Shown here: one piece after another, positions 12,715 through 26,829 of the stretch
Numbering within the stretch: the first letter of the stretch is position 1
Layout of the letters: every line of letters begins with the position of its first letter
DNA from: Ylistrum balloti
Lineage: Eukaryota
Assembly: GCF_031769215.1 (NCBI RefSeq)
Contig: NW_026781998.1
Span: 496,001 to 560,000, forward strand
DNA: 64,000 nucleotides
Direction: 5' to 3'
The notes under the pieces: generated by a model
Seen by the model: the letters and a program-made list of their open reading frames with translations, nothing else
The model's database searches: none
What the model was told of the DNA's origin: nothing
Made by a program: the position numbers and the translations under genes

Positions 12715-14520
12715 TACTAGAATTACCCCCCAAAATAGAACTTTTAGGTGCTGAAATTCACGGTGATCACAAAGTTACTGCATTATTTAATATCTACATA
12801 CACTCCAGTATCACAACGGAGAAAACAAACAAAGAGAAAATATCAGAAATCATTAATGAATATCATAATTTAATAATATCTATAGACTTTAACACATCAA
12901 GCACCTTATGGGGTAGAAAAAAAAACAAATAAAAGAGGAGATCTTATAGATAATTGGATATCTGATAACGACATCATTATGCGTAACGACCCTGAATTGG
13001 CATCAAGGATCGAAATAATAACTGGAAAAACATCAAAGCTCACATTAGCGTCACCGGCAATGGCTACCACACTCAATGCACACAAGGATCAGATCACTAC
13101 CCTACATTCGCCAAATTTAACTTAAAACCAATCAGAAACAGAATAGTATTCACTCCTAAATGGATTTTCGATAAGGCTGATTGGAACAAATTAAAAAAAA
13201 TATGTGCTAAAACAAATAATCACACCATCAAACATGATAATGTAGATACATATATAACAACATTTACAAGCCTAGTAAAAGATATAACAACACAATGCAT
13301 TCCACAATCTTCAGGAAACCTCAAAATAGAAAACATAACCCGTGGTGGACAGTGGAATTTTCAGTAACCAAAAGAATCGAACGTAGATGGGAAGATATAT
13401 GAAAAAAAAAATTTTTTTAAACTTGGAACGAAATGTAAAAAACTACAAAGCTGCCAAAAACAAGTATAATAAAGCATGTAAAAAGCATAAATAGAAACAT
13501 TGGTTAGAATTCTGAGATTTCATACACGATAAAACCGGCACTACTACAGTTTGGGATAAGATCAAAGCCATATAAGGCATTCACCTGAAAGATATTTCCA
13601 TTCTAAGTAAAAATGCAGAAGTAAAAACAAAAAACAAAGATTTTAGTCAAACAATTCCGAAATGCATATAACAATAACAACAGCACAGAAGATAAACAAA
13701 AACATCTCAGAAATAAGCTTATCGCCACAGGATCAAAAGACACCGATCTTAACATCTCATTCAGCCGAGGGGAATATTTTAGAGCGCTAAAAAAAGTACA
13801 TCTCCCGGTATATACAAACTATCATATACCATACTTAAAAATTGTCCTAACAATATAAACCACCTTATTTTGGACTTAATTGATGTTATTTCGTAGACCA
13901 AAAATTACCCAGAATCATGGAATAGGGCTACTGTTATTCCGATACTAAAACCGGGTAATTATAAAGAAGATCTGGTATCGTATAGACCAACATCCCACTT
14001 GTGTAAAACCATAGAAACCGTCAATGATAAATAACAGATTGAAACACTACCTTACTATCATAACGTAATAATTCAAAATAAAAGCGGTTTCCGGAATAAT
14101 AGATTCACCCTTTATTCATTAGTTAGGCTATCTCCAGAAATAAAAAAAATGCCTCAAGTAAAACTCACCACACTTTGGCAGTATTCATAGATGTAGAAAA
14201 GACTTAAGACCTAGTTTAGCACGAGGGTCTCCTACTTTCACCAAAAGAAGTAGGAATGACAGGGTATATATTTAAATTCATAACCAACTTCAGTCTAAAC
14301 AGAGACAGGAAAATACAAGTTAGAATAAACAATAAAGAATCAGATGAATTAACCTTAGAGAATGGAATCCCACAGGGTCGCGTGATATTTCCTACCTTGT
14401 TCAACATATGTAAAAAAAAAACAAATAAAAAAAACTCATCCACCATAAGTCTACATGAGGAAACCTGTGAAATACCATTAAATCTTAGGAGAGAGAAATC
14501 AATAACAAAATACTGAGCTA
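12715..14520 (+). mobile_element. Heavily decayed LINE ORF2, I/Nimb/Ingi-like
   Basis: Motifs read across frameshifts on +: DFNTSSTLWG, QGSDHYPT, KWIFDKADWNK, ATVIPILKPG, SYRPT, AVFIDVEKT*D, NGIPQGRVIFPTLFNI. Confidence 0.75.
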
Positions 14521-14684
14521 GAATTCAAGCTCTAGAACCTGAATTTCCACCTAATGTTACAGTAGAACATTCATTTCATTTCAGAATATTTTATTGATTT
14601 ATAGAATTAAACAGCAGGCTAGAGCCTAAATAAGTCTTCTCTCAAGACAACATGATGGTCAGACATAAACATGATACACTATAA

Positions 14685-14724
14685 ACATACATACATACAT
14701 ACATACATACATACATACATACAT
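14685..14724. repeat. (ACAT)10 microsatellite
   Basis: Read directly from the sequence. Confidence 0.95.
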
Positions 14725-15158
14725 TACACACGTACAAGCCTTACATTACATACATACAGTCAGTCATAAATTTAGTGTTGACAGACTAATCAATTCTAAA
14801 TTATGGAAGACTATGACTATAAGAAGATAATTAACAATCCACCAGCTTTTCAGTTTACTATGTCTTATGATATTAAATGTGCATTACATGTACTTTCTCT
14901 CCCATATAAAAGGGGTTTGGGACAGAATGTCCATGATATAAAAGTTAGCCCTCTCCCACTTCAGTAAGGGAGCAAGTACACATAAAACACATTTTTCTTA
15001 TATCAAATGATTATTATTCTAAATAAAAATAATATTCAGACCAATATAAAGAACTGATCAGAGTTGTTTCCTTATTATTAGATGATAACTGAAATATTGG
15101 AAATAATGTTATAGTAGAACTTTAAATATAGAGATAAACTAAAATAACATATTAAAAC

Positions 15159-18100
15159 ACCATACAACCATATAGCAAACCAGCTTCTCGTCGAACGCAA
15201 TTTAGACCAAGTTAGAATTGAAGAACTTTTCTCTTACTCCGGACATGGATATCCACAGTTTTCACCGGTGTGAGATTTTTCTATCTCACCCTAGGTTTGA
15301 GACATGCTACACGCGCTCCTTGCGCGTTCTCAACAATAATGTGACGTCACTATCTTGAAAAGTTAACGCATATGATAGTTATCAATAATCATAAAATATA
15401 TCTTGAAAGTGTTCATCCAAAAGTTGTTCAAAGTGTCTAACTGAATTTGCATTAACAATATGAACGGGAAGATTATTCCAAGTGTCTACAACTCTAAAGG
15501 TAAAATAGTTTCTCCTAAGTTCCGTGTTACAACATTTAAAATTTTTGAAATTATGCCCGCGAGTTCTCTCATTATTATCAAAAGTGAATAACTTTGATGC
15601 GACTCTTCCATCAAATATATTGTGAGCTATTTTGAATATACTAATTAAATCTCCTCTCATCTTGCGATACTTTAATGTAGGAAGTTTCAATCTCCGGAGT
15701 CTTTCGTTATATGGAAGGTTCTTCATTCCTGGAAGGAGCTTGATGGCTCTTCGTTGGACGTTTTCAATCATTTGAACATCTTTAAATTTGTAGGGGTTCC
15801 ATGCGCAAGCTCCATACTCTAAATGTGGTCTTACTAATGCTGTGAATAGTTGTTTGAAGATTCGTCCATATAAGTAAACGATCTTGTGATGATACCTAAA
15901 ATCGAGTTAGCTTTGTTTATCGAGTTCTGCATGTGTGGCCGAAAATCCAATTTATGATCAACTGATAATCCCAGATCTTTTTCAATTTCCGTTTTCTCAA
16001 GAGTAATTAAGCTGCCATTAGAACTCTGTGGGTAATAATTCCGTTCCTCTAGTCCTGTTCTTCTGATATACAGTGCCTTACATTTGTTCGGGTGGAATTT
16101 CAGCAACCAGTCTTCTGACCACTTTTGGAGACTATCGAGATCTGCTTGCAGAATACTTGTATCTTCTTGACTTTTGATATTGCGATACAATTTTGTGTCA
16201 TCAGCAAAATGTGGACAGGGTGAAATGGTATTATCCGGCATATCATTTATGTATATAACAAATAGAATTGGTCCTAGTACGCTACCTTGAGGAATTCCAC
16301 TTAGTACATCATGGGATTTCGACGATGAACCATTTATTACTACTCTTTGGTGTCTGTTGCTTAAGAAATTTTCGATCCATTTTACTGTTTTAAATCCAAT
16401 TCCATATTTATAAAGTTTGTGAATGAGTCGGCGTTGTGGTACTTTATCAAACGCTTTCATAAAGTCCATATAAATAACATCCACCTGCTCCCCTTTATCC
16501 GATATACTTGTCCATTCATCCAGAACTAGCAGCATCTGAAGAGTTGTAGATCTACCTGGCAGAAAACCGAATTGCTTGTCGCTAAATAAGCCGTTTACTT
16601 GCATATGATTTACAATTTTATCGCGAATAAGTTTTTTCCATTATTTTGACAACGATACTCGTTAAACTTACAGGGCGATAATTCCCAGGCTCACAATTAG
16701 CTCCCTTTTTGTATATAGCTGTAATATTAGCTTCCTTCCAAATTTGTGACAATCTGCCTTCATTCAGAGATTTATTGAAAAGTAGCGTTAGTGGTTAACT
16801 CAGGACATTACGAAGTTCTTTGAGTGCTTTGGGGTGCATATCATTAGGCCCGCACGATTTATTAACATCTAGCTCTGATATATACTTCTTAACTTTCTCT
16901 TCGTTAAAATTTGTTTCCTCAGAAGGCCAATGAACTACTATATCTGGGAATATAGGTTTTTCGCCTGGCGGTTCCTCAGTAAAAACACTCGTGAAGAAAT
17001 TTACCAGGACTTCCGCTTTTTCTTCATCGCTTGTAGCTATTCGTGTTTGTACGTTTCTCGTTTATGTACTTCCAAAAACGTTTTGGTTGCTGTTTGATGT
17101 TTTTTGCGATATCTTTTTCAATACATTTTCCAACTTTCCTAATTTCCCATTTAACTTGATTTCTATATCTAGAATATTCCTGATACATTTGTAGTGATTT
17201 TGTTTCCAAAAATCGTGTCCACGCCCTATGTTTCTTATTAATTTTCTTTATAACATCTTTACTTAGTGGAACTTTTCTTTTTTCTCGAAAATGATTTCCT
17301 TTTTTCGGTATAAATTTAACTGTTGTTTTAAAAATATTCGTAAAAGTGTTATACGATTCCTCGATTTCCTTATCCAGAAGAATGTTCCAATTAATCTTTC
17401 CTAATTCCTTTTCCATGTCCGGATATTTCCCTTTATGATAGTTATAACCTCTGTTGATTTTGACGTAATGTTTGCTCCGGAATGCGTATTTAAAAGTTAT
17501 AACTACACGGTCGCTGTTTCCGATAGGGCTGTTGTACTCAATATCCGTTACCATCTCCTCTTCATTACTCAGAATTAAGTCTAGAATATTCGACTCGTTT
17601 CCTGCTCTCAATCGCGTGTTTTCTGTGACATGTTCATATGAGTAATTATCTCTGAGAAGTTCAATGAAACAATCACATTGGGTGTCGCCATTGGATATAC
17701 AGGTATTCCAGTTAATTTTTGGGAAGTTAAAGTCTCCAAATATAAGCAAATGAGAATATTTTTTGTTCGACGTGATGCTGTTAATGAGTTTAAACATTTC
17801 TTCGTTATTCTCCTTATCGGAATTTGGACTCCTGTATACACAGCCGATCTAAGTTTTATCGCTTCCATCTGAGTTAATTGTAGCCCATATACTCTCCTTA
17901 AAATTAGTTTCTATACTTACTTCAACAGGACAGAGATCCTCTTTTATATAAATACCTACACCTCGATGACGATTAGGATAATTTTCGTTTACAAAAAGTT
18001 GATATCCCGGTATTTGAAATTCAGCTTTGTTATGTAAATAACGGAAGTTCTTAGGGTAGAATTCAGTGATTCCTATTAGATCGGTATCTAAGCTTTTCGT

Positions 18101-19385
18101 TCCATCACGGATCCTCGTTTTCAATTCATCAAGTTTGTTAAAGAGACTATCAGCGTTTGTATAAAAGCAGTTTAAATTTTCGCTTGCTTGTTTTCCGGAG
18201 TTTTCATTTTGATCCTCACAATTTTCCTGTTCCACAGTGGACCTTTTATTCGATGCAAGAAACCCCCCCCCCCCCGATTCTTCATTATTACGTTTCTTGG
18301 CTTCTTCTCGTAAAGAGGCTTCTTCTAGTCTCTCGAAATTTTGTGAGATCATTGTTAATTCTGACATTCTCAAACCTTTTGTTGCTCTGGATATTCGAGA
18401 TAATTTTGAATGAATGCTTCTTGTCTTCCAGACTTCCAAAAGAAACTAGTATTGGCCTATTTTTATCGTTCTGTGGTTTACCAAGTCTGACAATTTTCGC
18501 TATTCTAGTTAGTGCTTTGTTGGTTGCCTTGCATGTTTTAAGCATTTCAGTTATAGCCTCGTTGTCCTTTTTATATCTCTCCTCGGAATTACCATTATTT
18601 TCCTCCTCGCCAAAAACTATTATGTTATTTTCTCTCCTCTTTTTGTCCTGTATTTCCTGTAATACAGCAGCGGTTATTTCTTGGTTGCTATGAGCATGAG
18701 TCTGTACGGCAGGGTTAAAGCTTGCCAGTTCCTCCTGTACAATATGCCTCACATCGTCCGCGCTATATTTTGCTTTCAGTTCCGCTAAACTGGTTTCTAA
18801 ATTCCTGATCCTCTCTTCATAGCCTGCCATGATCTCCGCGCATTTCTTCTCCACTATTTTTCCGTTTGGAAGTTCTTCTCAACGGAAACTTTACACGGGG
18901 CGCAGAACCACATAGAGTCGCATCGTTTCAGGAACTCGTATTCCTTCTCTCCCTTTCCGAGACAAGCGATGCAGAAGTGTTTCTGACACCGGTCGCACTC
19001 TATTATCTTGGTGTTGGGGTTCCCATCGTTCTTGTTACACATCTCACAGGTCCGTAGTTCAGTCAAGAAAGGGTTTGACTGCTTGGTTGAACTCCCTGTA
19101 CGTCCCCGAAAACGAGAGGTCATTGGTTCGATATCGATCGTTTTGTTGGCTTTGTTAACGTTGCTACCTTGGCCATTTCCGGTAGGCATGACGAGGAAAA
19201 ACGGTCGTTGCTGTAATCCCAGCGGAAAAGTAGGTACAAGCAGCGCCAACTTTTGTGGCGCTTACCCTAAACTTACTCATTGACACTTATCACAGTTGTC
19301 TGCTATCGTAAACTATGGTAATATGACTAAAAACGCTCTGGCTTACCGGAGCGGTAAACAATGGTGGCCGTTGCCATTGATGACG
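15159..19385 (-). mobile_element. Near full-length CR1 LINE: ORF1 (PHD finger, coiled coil, RRM-like) and ORF2 (APE endonuclease + RT), frameshifted
   Basis: ORF1 has CEMC...IECDRCQKHFCIAC...WFCAPC and RRENNIIVFG. ORF2 has CFYTNADSL, IFGDFNFP, SNILDLIL, YMDFMKAFDKVP, GIPQGSVLGPILFVIYIND, FADDTKLY and FTFRVVDTWNNLP. The 3' end has a short atggtt-like tail near 15160. Confidence 0.92.
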
Positions 19386-19814
19386 TCATTGTAAAATAAC
19401 GATTTAATAATATGTGTTGATTTTGTGTAAAAATTGAAGTCATCTCATCCATACTTTCACATTAAAATCGTTTTTTATCATTAATATTATGATTTAATTA
19501 TACCTATTTTCGTCAACATAAATATGCCCCAGATTGTATCCACCACTATGTTCGGCATAAATCAAATTTAGTTGAGTCCACTTGGTTCAATGGAACCAAA
19601 CTGATCATACAGTCGGATTTGAGTCTGACTTGGCCAATGGCATATGTAATCTCTAAATGCATGTAGGACAAACTGATTCTCACTCGTTCAAAAACTCAAA
19701 TCTATCCTAGATAATCCCTTCCTATCATACCATCGTTCACTTCAAAGTAACCTATCTTGCCGTTACCTCTCATAACCCTCTCTAAATCAGCACGTTCACA
19801 CAAATCACATATAT

Positions 19815-20520
19815 AACAAGGACATAGTCTTTAAGATCCCTCACCCAGGTTCATTTGTAGAATATAGATGACATTTAAAGTGAGCAACATAGAGAACTGA
19901 AGTATTGAAACCATTTATAATCAATGTACAGCTTGAAGTTCCATTGCAAGTGATCAATATAATAACAATTTAGTAGTATAATACTGTGAATATTAAAATC
20001 AGCTTATCATACATTTATATTTCCTTCTTTTATCAAGTGATAATGACAGAATATTTGTCTCAACAAAATTCCTTTGTTACTTCAAAAGATAACATGCGGA
20101 AAGCATTCAGTAAGGGTGCTGAAAGATATCAGTTAATCAGGTCACAGCAGCTTCATTAAATATGAACAGAATTTCCCGATAATCGAACTTGAACAAGGGC
20201 TTGAGGTAACAAGTCTACCAAACAATTTTCTTTAAAATCTTATCATTAGTTCATAAGATAATGTGCAGAAAGATTTCTCAAAGAGTGATTAACGAAATCA
20301 GCCAAACGGGTCTCGGCAGCCTCATTAATATTGAATTCGCTCTCCTAATCGAACTTGGGGACGGAATTAAGGTAACAAGTGTATAACAAGTGTACCAACC
20401 AAGTTTCATCACAATCCGATCTGACCTTCAAAAGATATTATGCGAAAAGCAGCATCCGGACGTATGGAAGGACGGGCGGACGAAACCCATTTTAATATCC
20501 CCGCCAACTTTCAAACAAAA
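19815..20520. repeat. Dispersed HINE-like repeat
   Basis: Starts aacaag..., the reverse of the ...cttgtt end seen at 48490 and 50145. Contains aagtttcat..aatcc segments and a gacggaaggacgggcggacg simple-repeat block. Confidence 0.5.
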
Positions 20521-21189
20521 AAAATGTTTATTACAATTACAAATGTACTGATCCAAGCACTATTTTCTAACCATAGTTCGGTGGATGGGACTACTTTAAA
20601 CAGTGGTCCGTGTGAGGAATATCCGCTCTTACACGCTGAGGTCCCTCTGTGGCTTTTCGAAAAACGAGTAAGCGTGATTAGGCCGGTCCAGGGGTTTCGG
20701 GATAATGTATACTATACAATTATTGAAAGGCATTTTCGACGGACTTAAAAATGACCGTAACGCACACCAAATCTAAGTAGGCCCCCAATTCTTCCTTTCA
20801 GCTTCAGGACATGTTTAAACTGTAAGAGTTAGAATAAGGCATTATTAGGCCCTATAAACGCAGCACTGATCGGTTAATCTGAGTGATAATGCGATGTTGT
20901 TTTCTCCTGGATAAATACCTGATCCTATTCTGTTCGTTTGTGGATTTTTTTATCCGTCTGTATAATATTTGGTATAATTATTATATCTCTAGTCAATTAT
21001 ATGGATAATGCAGTTGCCCTAGTTTCTGCCGGATTTACCTTTTTGTTGGTTTTGTCTCCCATATACAAAATGGCCACAGTGATTAACTTTTAACGAAGCC
21101 GAAAATGACAACTTTTGCGACTTCCCTTCTTGTAATATTCCCACCAACTATCAGCTCAATGGAATGGCACCTGCCGATCTTAAAAAGAA

Positions 21190-21400
21190 GTTTGTATTTT
21201 TTCAAGATGGCGGTCATCGCAGCCATATTTGATTTCGGATCGATCTGAAAAATAACCAGGGTTGGTCAGGACAATCTCAGAATCGTTTCAGGTAAGTTTC
21301 AACTGGTGGAACTAGAGAAGAATTTAAAATGTAAAGTTTAAGTACAGCGCACGACGGCGGAAATACGATTGTTATAGATCAACATGATGACCAGATAATC
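21190..21400. repeat. Dispersed HINE-like repeat fragment
   Basis: The caagatggcggtcatcgcagccatattt...cgatc and aagtttca motifs are shared with other copies, e.g. caagatgggccgtctttcggccatttt at ~34452. Confidence 0.4.
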
Positions 21401-21746
21401 TAACAAAAGGGTGATACTTACTATTGATGGAATTGAACTGGTAGATATGTAAGATCTTCACGTACCTGAAGACCTAGTTGACTTTTTTATCGGTTCGGAA
21501 CAACTTCATTGAGTCCAGACCGATATGACTCTATCCATTAGGGTTTCCCTCTCAGTTCTTGAATTAAAGACGTACTTCTCATGTATCACTTTCCCATCAT
21601 TAGAAAGATATATAGCATTACGTTTGCATGAACCAATAGTTTTTAGCGTTTGAAACCTTATACAAAATTAAAACCTGCAAATATTAGTGGATTACCACCT
21701 TTTTCGTGTGTGACTGAGAGTTATCTCTCCTAAAAGCACTCTCAAT

Positions 21747-24700
21747 ATGGCGACTAGCTCACTGCTTCGTGCTTGCGGAGGTAGATAAATTGATGTTTTG
21801 ACAATTTTACGTTTTTAAAACAGTCATAATATTACATGATTTTGAATTTTAATATTGAAATTTTGTCTAACGCGAATTGTTGTGAAATGTTATGCTAAGT
21901 TATCGATATATTGGATACATATTATGTGTCGTGTCAAGGTCATGCTCCGAAAATCCCGTTTTTATCTAAAAAAAAGTTTGCTTCCAAATTTTGATTGCCA
22001 TAAATTGTTCTGATTTGTAAACCTGCTTTTTCAATCAGAAGAAGGCTTCATTGGATTAAATTGTCGATTAATCACTGGGCATTTAAATAAGCATCAGTTA
22101 GAAACGTTGAACTTACAATCAGATGCAGCTGAGATGAATAATGAAAATATCTACGATACGTTATGTTATTAACTGTTGCATTTGCTTTCAGGAGCGAGAC
22201 AATTGTTCTTTCGACCTAATGCATTACAAAAAGCATTATCTTGTGAGATTCAGAAAGACATGTCAGCTAAAGTATTTTCAACATCATCTTCATCTTCAAG
22301 TCTAGAATATTTCCGTGCAAGAAGAGGTCCATTTACACCAGGTAAGTATTGGATTTTGCCTAGGAAAGTCCTCATGATGATCAGGTGTTTGATATTGGTC
22401 TATCGAAAATATAGTGGTATATTGCTGCCTACTTTAGTTTTTGTCAATCAGAAAATTTATATTACATTCATTATCGAGGTGGAGAGAAAAAAACGCAACT
22501 GTAACAGCTTAAAAATAGCAAACTATGACATCTCAAAAGGTTATTGAGGGCAAATTAACTCATAATTTTAGGGTACATTGCTAAAATGATTGTTTAATTC
22601 CCTGCATCCGTGGTGGATGCGTTTCTACCATTTTAATGAAAACTTGACATAAATTTGATTGAATTATTTATTAAATCATTTTAGAGACAGAAAAATTGCA
22701 GTCAAAATTACAAAATATAAATTTAGGTCTCTGAAACAATGTATGATGTTGAAGTTTTTTGAGCTTTAGGTATAAGTAACTGAAACCTCTAATACCAGCC
22801 TCCATGACATTTGAATGATATAAAGTATTTGAAACTATAGACGAAAAAGCCCAAATTAAAGTCAGAATAGGTACAATTCAGTGTAAAAACTGAAAATAGA
22901 TTTTATATTTGAATATTGAAGGATTTTGAAAAAATAAAATCAAAACAGGTATTGGTTGATATTTTTTAAATGAAATTTTCAATATCTAAAATGCTGATTT
23001 TTTGTGGAATTTTGAAGTTTTATGCGTTGCACAGACCAAAATATAGTGAATTCGCTTATGCCATAGTGAGATGACTGTTCATCTGGCATCAACTTATCCA
23101 TGTTAGTGACTTTTTCTCAATAACCAAGAGGCTTTATGTCATGGTAGTTGGTAAGTGCATTGCTGGAATGAAGCCTGACAAAAACTGTGACAAGAAATTA
23201 CCTTGACTCATATTCAAGGTCACAGGGGTCAGATTTGTTAAAACTTTTAAAGAATTTCTACTATCTAACCAAAAGGCCAGAAGCATGCAACTTGGTTGAT
23301 ACGTTACTAAGATAAAGCCCAACAAAGTTTGCAAAAAGTAATGATATTGACCCATATAAAGGCCACAATGATCAAATTTGTTAAAACATTTTATCAACTT
23401 ATTCTGATTTATCAAAATGTCTGTATAAGCATATATGGCTCACAGATTCAAAAGATGAAGCCAGACTTTTTTTTCTTTTTTTTTTAAAGAAATGACATTG
23501 ATCCATATCCAAGGTCACAGGGGTCTACTTTCATAAAACCTTTAAATGACTATTTAAATGACTGATGAACCTCAAAGACCTAAAATCGGAATATTTTGCT
23601 GAAAAGTTTATAGAAGCCTGTATATCGTATTTTGAAGTTAATTTAAAACAGCAGTGTGATATGCTGTTTATTTGAGATGTGCATATACATTGTGTATTGA
23701 ATACCATGTGAGCAATGCAGGCCCATTTGGCCTCTTGTTTCTTAATGTTTTAATAGCTTTTATAATTGTCACATCAAATATTCCTATTCAACAAAGTATG
23801 TCCAACAACAAGTGTAAGCTAATGCTGAAAAATTCCAAACTGTTCAGGAAAACACATTGAAAGCTAATTCCCCCTTCTTTCTACAGAGGAGAAGCAGAAG
23901 GGACACTCCATGTTGGCTTCAACCCATTGGAAGATAGAGAGAGTGGTGGCAATCTCTATGATACCTGTTCTGCCTGCTTGTATCTACTATGGAGGCCCAG
24001 CCTCTGATTTCATCCTAACTACTACTGTTTTAGCTCATGGGCACTGGTAGGTTTCTATTTAAAACCATTACACATTCATTAGATAAATCTACCCAACACA
24101 AACTGTAGATCTCATGAAAATCATCACACATTGTTTTTTGCACTGATCAATGAATCAATCATTCAGCAAAATGTCAAATTTAAACAAATGGATTCAGTTG
24201 ACATTAACTGACAGCCTTGGTAATGATAGAGAACACATTGAATAGGCAACGTTTCTGAAAAAATGGTTGGAAATAAAGTTTTGTTTCAAAATATACTATG
24301 ACTTGACATATTACTGAAACAAATATGACATATACTCTATGAGTGCAAGGATTTAAATGCTTTTAAGATGGTTTTTGTTTTTGTTTTTATCTTTATGAAA
24401 CACAAATCAAATGCAGAACGTCTTAGAATTCTATTGGGTCATTTTCTCTTGATTACAAAAATTTATGTAAAGCTTAAACACAGTTTCGTAGTTTGAGGTG
24501 ATAACTCTGTTGTCATCAAGGTCATGAGATGTCACAATATTATCGTCAATAGTGACAACAATAAATTAGTTGCTATAAACCTACATGATCCTTGTTGTCC
24601 TGAATGACAGAAAGCAGGGATCCAAAAGGGACACAAACAAAAGAACATTATTTTGATTTAGTGGATTAAACAATGATGACCACATTTTACTATAGACTTG

Positions 24701-25457
24701 CCCATAAACTATAGCAGATTATCAATCACTAAGTTTATGTTTTTTTGGGTCCACACCTGGACAACATGTAGGTGGCTTACATGTATACCTAATACACGTC
24801 ACATTTACATGCTCGCTTATTCATATGGATAATCCATTTGAGGCCCCAACTTTTACTTTTAGAGAGCCAGAAAAAGCTGGAAATTCTTACACAATCATGA
24901 TTTTCTTGAACAACTCCTATTTTAAACTTCTTCTCCAGTTCCACTAGACTAGTGTGGTTAATCTAAAACTTATCATGAATGATCCTGAGAAGGTGCTGAC
25001 CAAGAGTTTTTAATTCAGATCCAGGGTCTAAGATGGCTGCCATTTTGAAAAACACTATTTTAACTTTTTTGGCGGTGAGTCCAAAATCCAATAAGGCCAC
25101 TATGGATATCATCTGTTTAAAAAACATTTTTTTCTGGTTCCTTACCTTAACTTCTAAAATATTGAAAGTTGTTTTAACTATTTCATAATTGTTCATACTA
25201 ACACTACTGCTGTTAAGTCATTTATAGGTCATTTATACTCAGATGATAAGATCCAAGAGTCATTTGTTCTTAAAATTTTTCCTTGTTTTATTTTCAGGGG
25301 CGTTCATGGAGTGCTTGTTGATTACATTGAGAAATTCTTCCCACCTATCCACTACTTCTGGTATGCTGTTATGATCATGGGCTTTGCAGGCATGATGCAT
25401 TTTAACTACAATGATGTTGGAATCACTAAAGCCATTGCCATGTTTTGGGCCCTGTGA
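21747..25457 (+). CDS. SDHD: Succinate dehydrogenase cytochrome b small subunit, mitochondrial (167 aa)
   Basis: join(21747..21780,22192..22341,23887..24046,25298..25457) = 504 nt, all introns GT-AG and phase-consistent. A transit peptide is followed by ASTHWKIERVVAISMIPVLPA...LAHGHWGVHGVLVDY...HFNYNDVGITKAIAMFWAL*, matching the SDHD motifs HWxxER, HGHWG, DY and YxDVGI. Confidence 0.96.
23040..23600. repeat. Dispersed HINE-like repeat in SDHD intron 2
   Basis: Repeated tgaccc..at..caaggtcacaggggtc motif (at ~23215 and ~23510), shared with 49070-49230. Confidence 0.5.
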
Positions 25458-26829
25458 TGTCAAGACATAATATATTAGATTTAATCATCTTTATCCATGT
25501 TGATAAAGAAATTTACTGCAAAAAGATACTGCAACAAATTAGAAGGGAAAATTCTTTCTTTTAAATATTTTGTACACCATGTCTACTTTGGCAAAATTCT
25601 TCGCAACCATTTAGCTCATTTAAGGTTGAAAAGTTTATTTGCTTATTCTTCATGATCTTTACACCTACCTTTGCCAATGTCGGAATATTATTGTGGCACT
25701 AGAACGGAATCTGATATTTATTCAAAAATAATTAATGTATTATACTGAGTCTTTTACAGTTTATGAAATGAAGATATCAGATATGGAGATGAACCGTCAC
25801 ATATAATTAGGACTTTAGGGAACAGTTTACCAAGAATAAGATAGTTATGTGTATACAAAAAGGAAGAAACAGTTTTTCGTTCTCATCTTTTTTTGATTAT
25901 TTATTATTTGCGTACATGCATATTCATTGAATCCTATTTTGGAATTCATTTTTGGTGCATACGTCATGTACAAATGTGATTTGTGCTGCAGGCATACATT
26001 GTATATAATAAATGGAATTTTGATATCGAAGTTGTGTTAATTACTGTTTTGCATTAAAACCATCTATATAAGGGCTCTCCGAAATGAATTGATGGATATG
26101 GGGAAGAGGCACTTTTTCACAACCCTCATTTTCCAAGATTATTTTCCTAATCCTCATCTACTGATGTCATCATCATCACCATTTATTATTTTGTTATTAG
26201 TGACTCAACACATCTCCCAATCCTATATTTCTGGAATAGATTTAAGTATGAGGTAACTGTATCCTGATCAGCTGACATCAAGTAAAGTCAGTGTTGTGGT
26301 GATGCTCATGTTGGGGAGTATCCCTTGACTAAAGGAAGTATTGCTTGACTCACCTGCTGGAAAGGCAAGTGAGCTGATCTTGTGGTAGAGGGTCTGTCGA
26401 GCAACTTTTTTTCCAATGACCTTTCCTCAAGAGCCATCATGCTTGTTCAAATAAATTATCTTGACCCACTTTCTTGTTAGATGATTCAAAGTGGTTGAAA
26501 TTTTTCATCTTCAGAACAAGAGTTTTCGCTTGTTAACCATGTTTGACCTGTATCTTTTTTATAGACTGGATAATTTCCCTTCTTTCCAATCCCTTTCACT
26601 AGATTCCAACAGGAACAATGCATCATCTTGATAACAGTTTTTAACTTCAAATTGCCATCTCTCATCAATTTTGTTGCCTGATCCATTTAAATATTGATCT
26701 GTCATCCACAACTACAGATTGATGGGAATAAAGTTTGAAAAATAACCTTCATTTTGTCAAATCCAAGAGGACTTCATCAGTATTTTTTTTTCAATTAGAC
26801 TGAACAAGTAAATCTATGAACCAAAGGAA

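Noticed and set aside
21400-21620. Possible divergent gene upstream of SDHD (human SDHD is head-to-head with TIMM8B)
   Set aside because: Minus-strand donor-like sites exist, but all ATG-initiated frames stop quickly and no twin CX3C Tim8 motif is visible.
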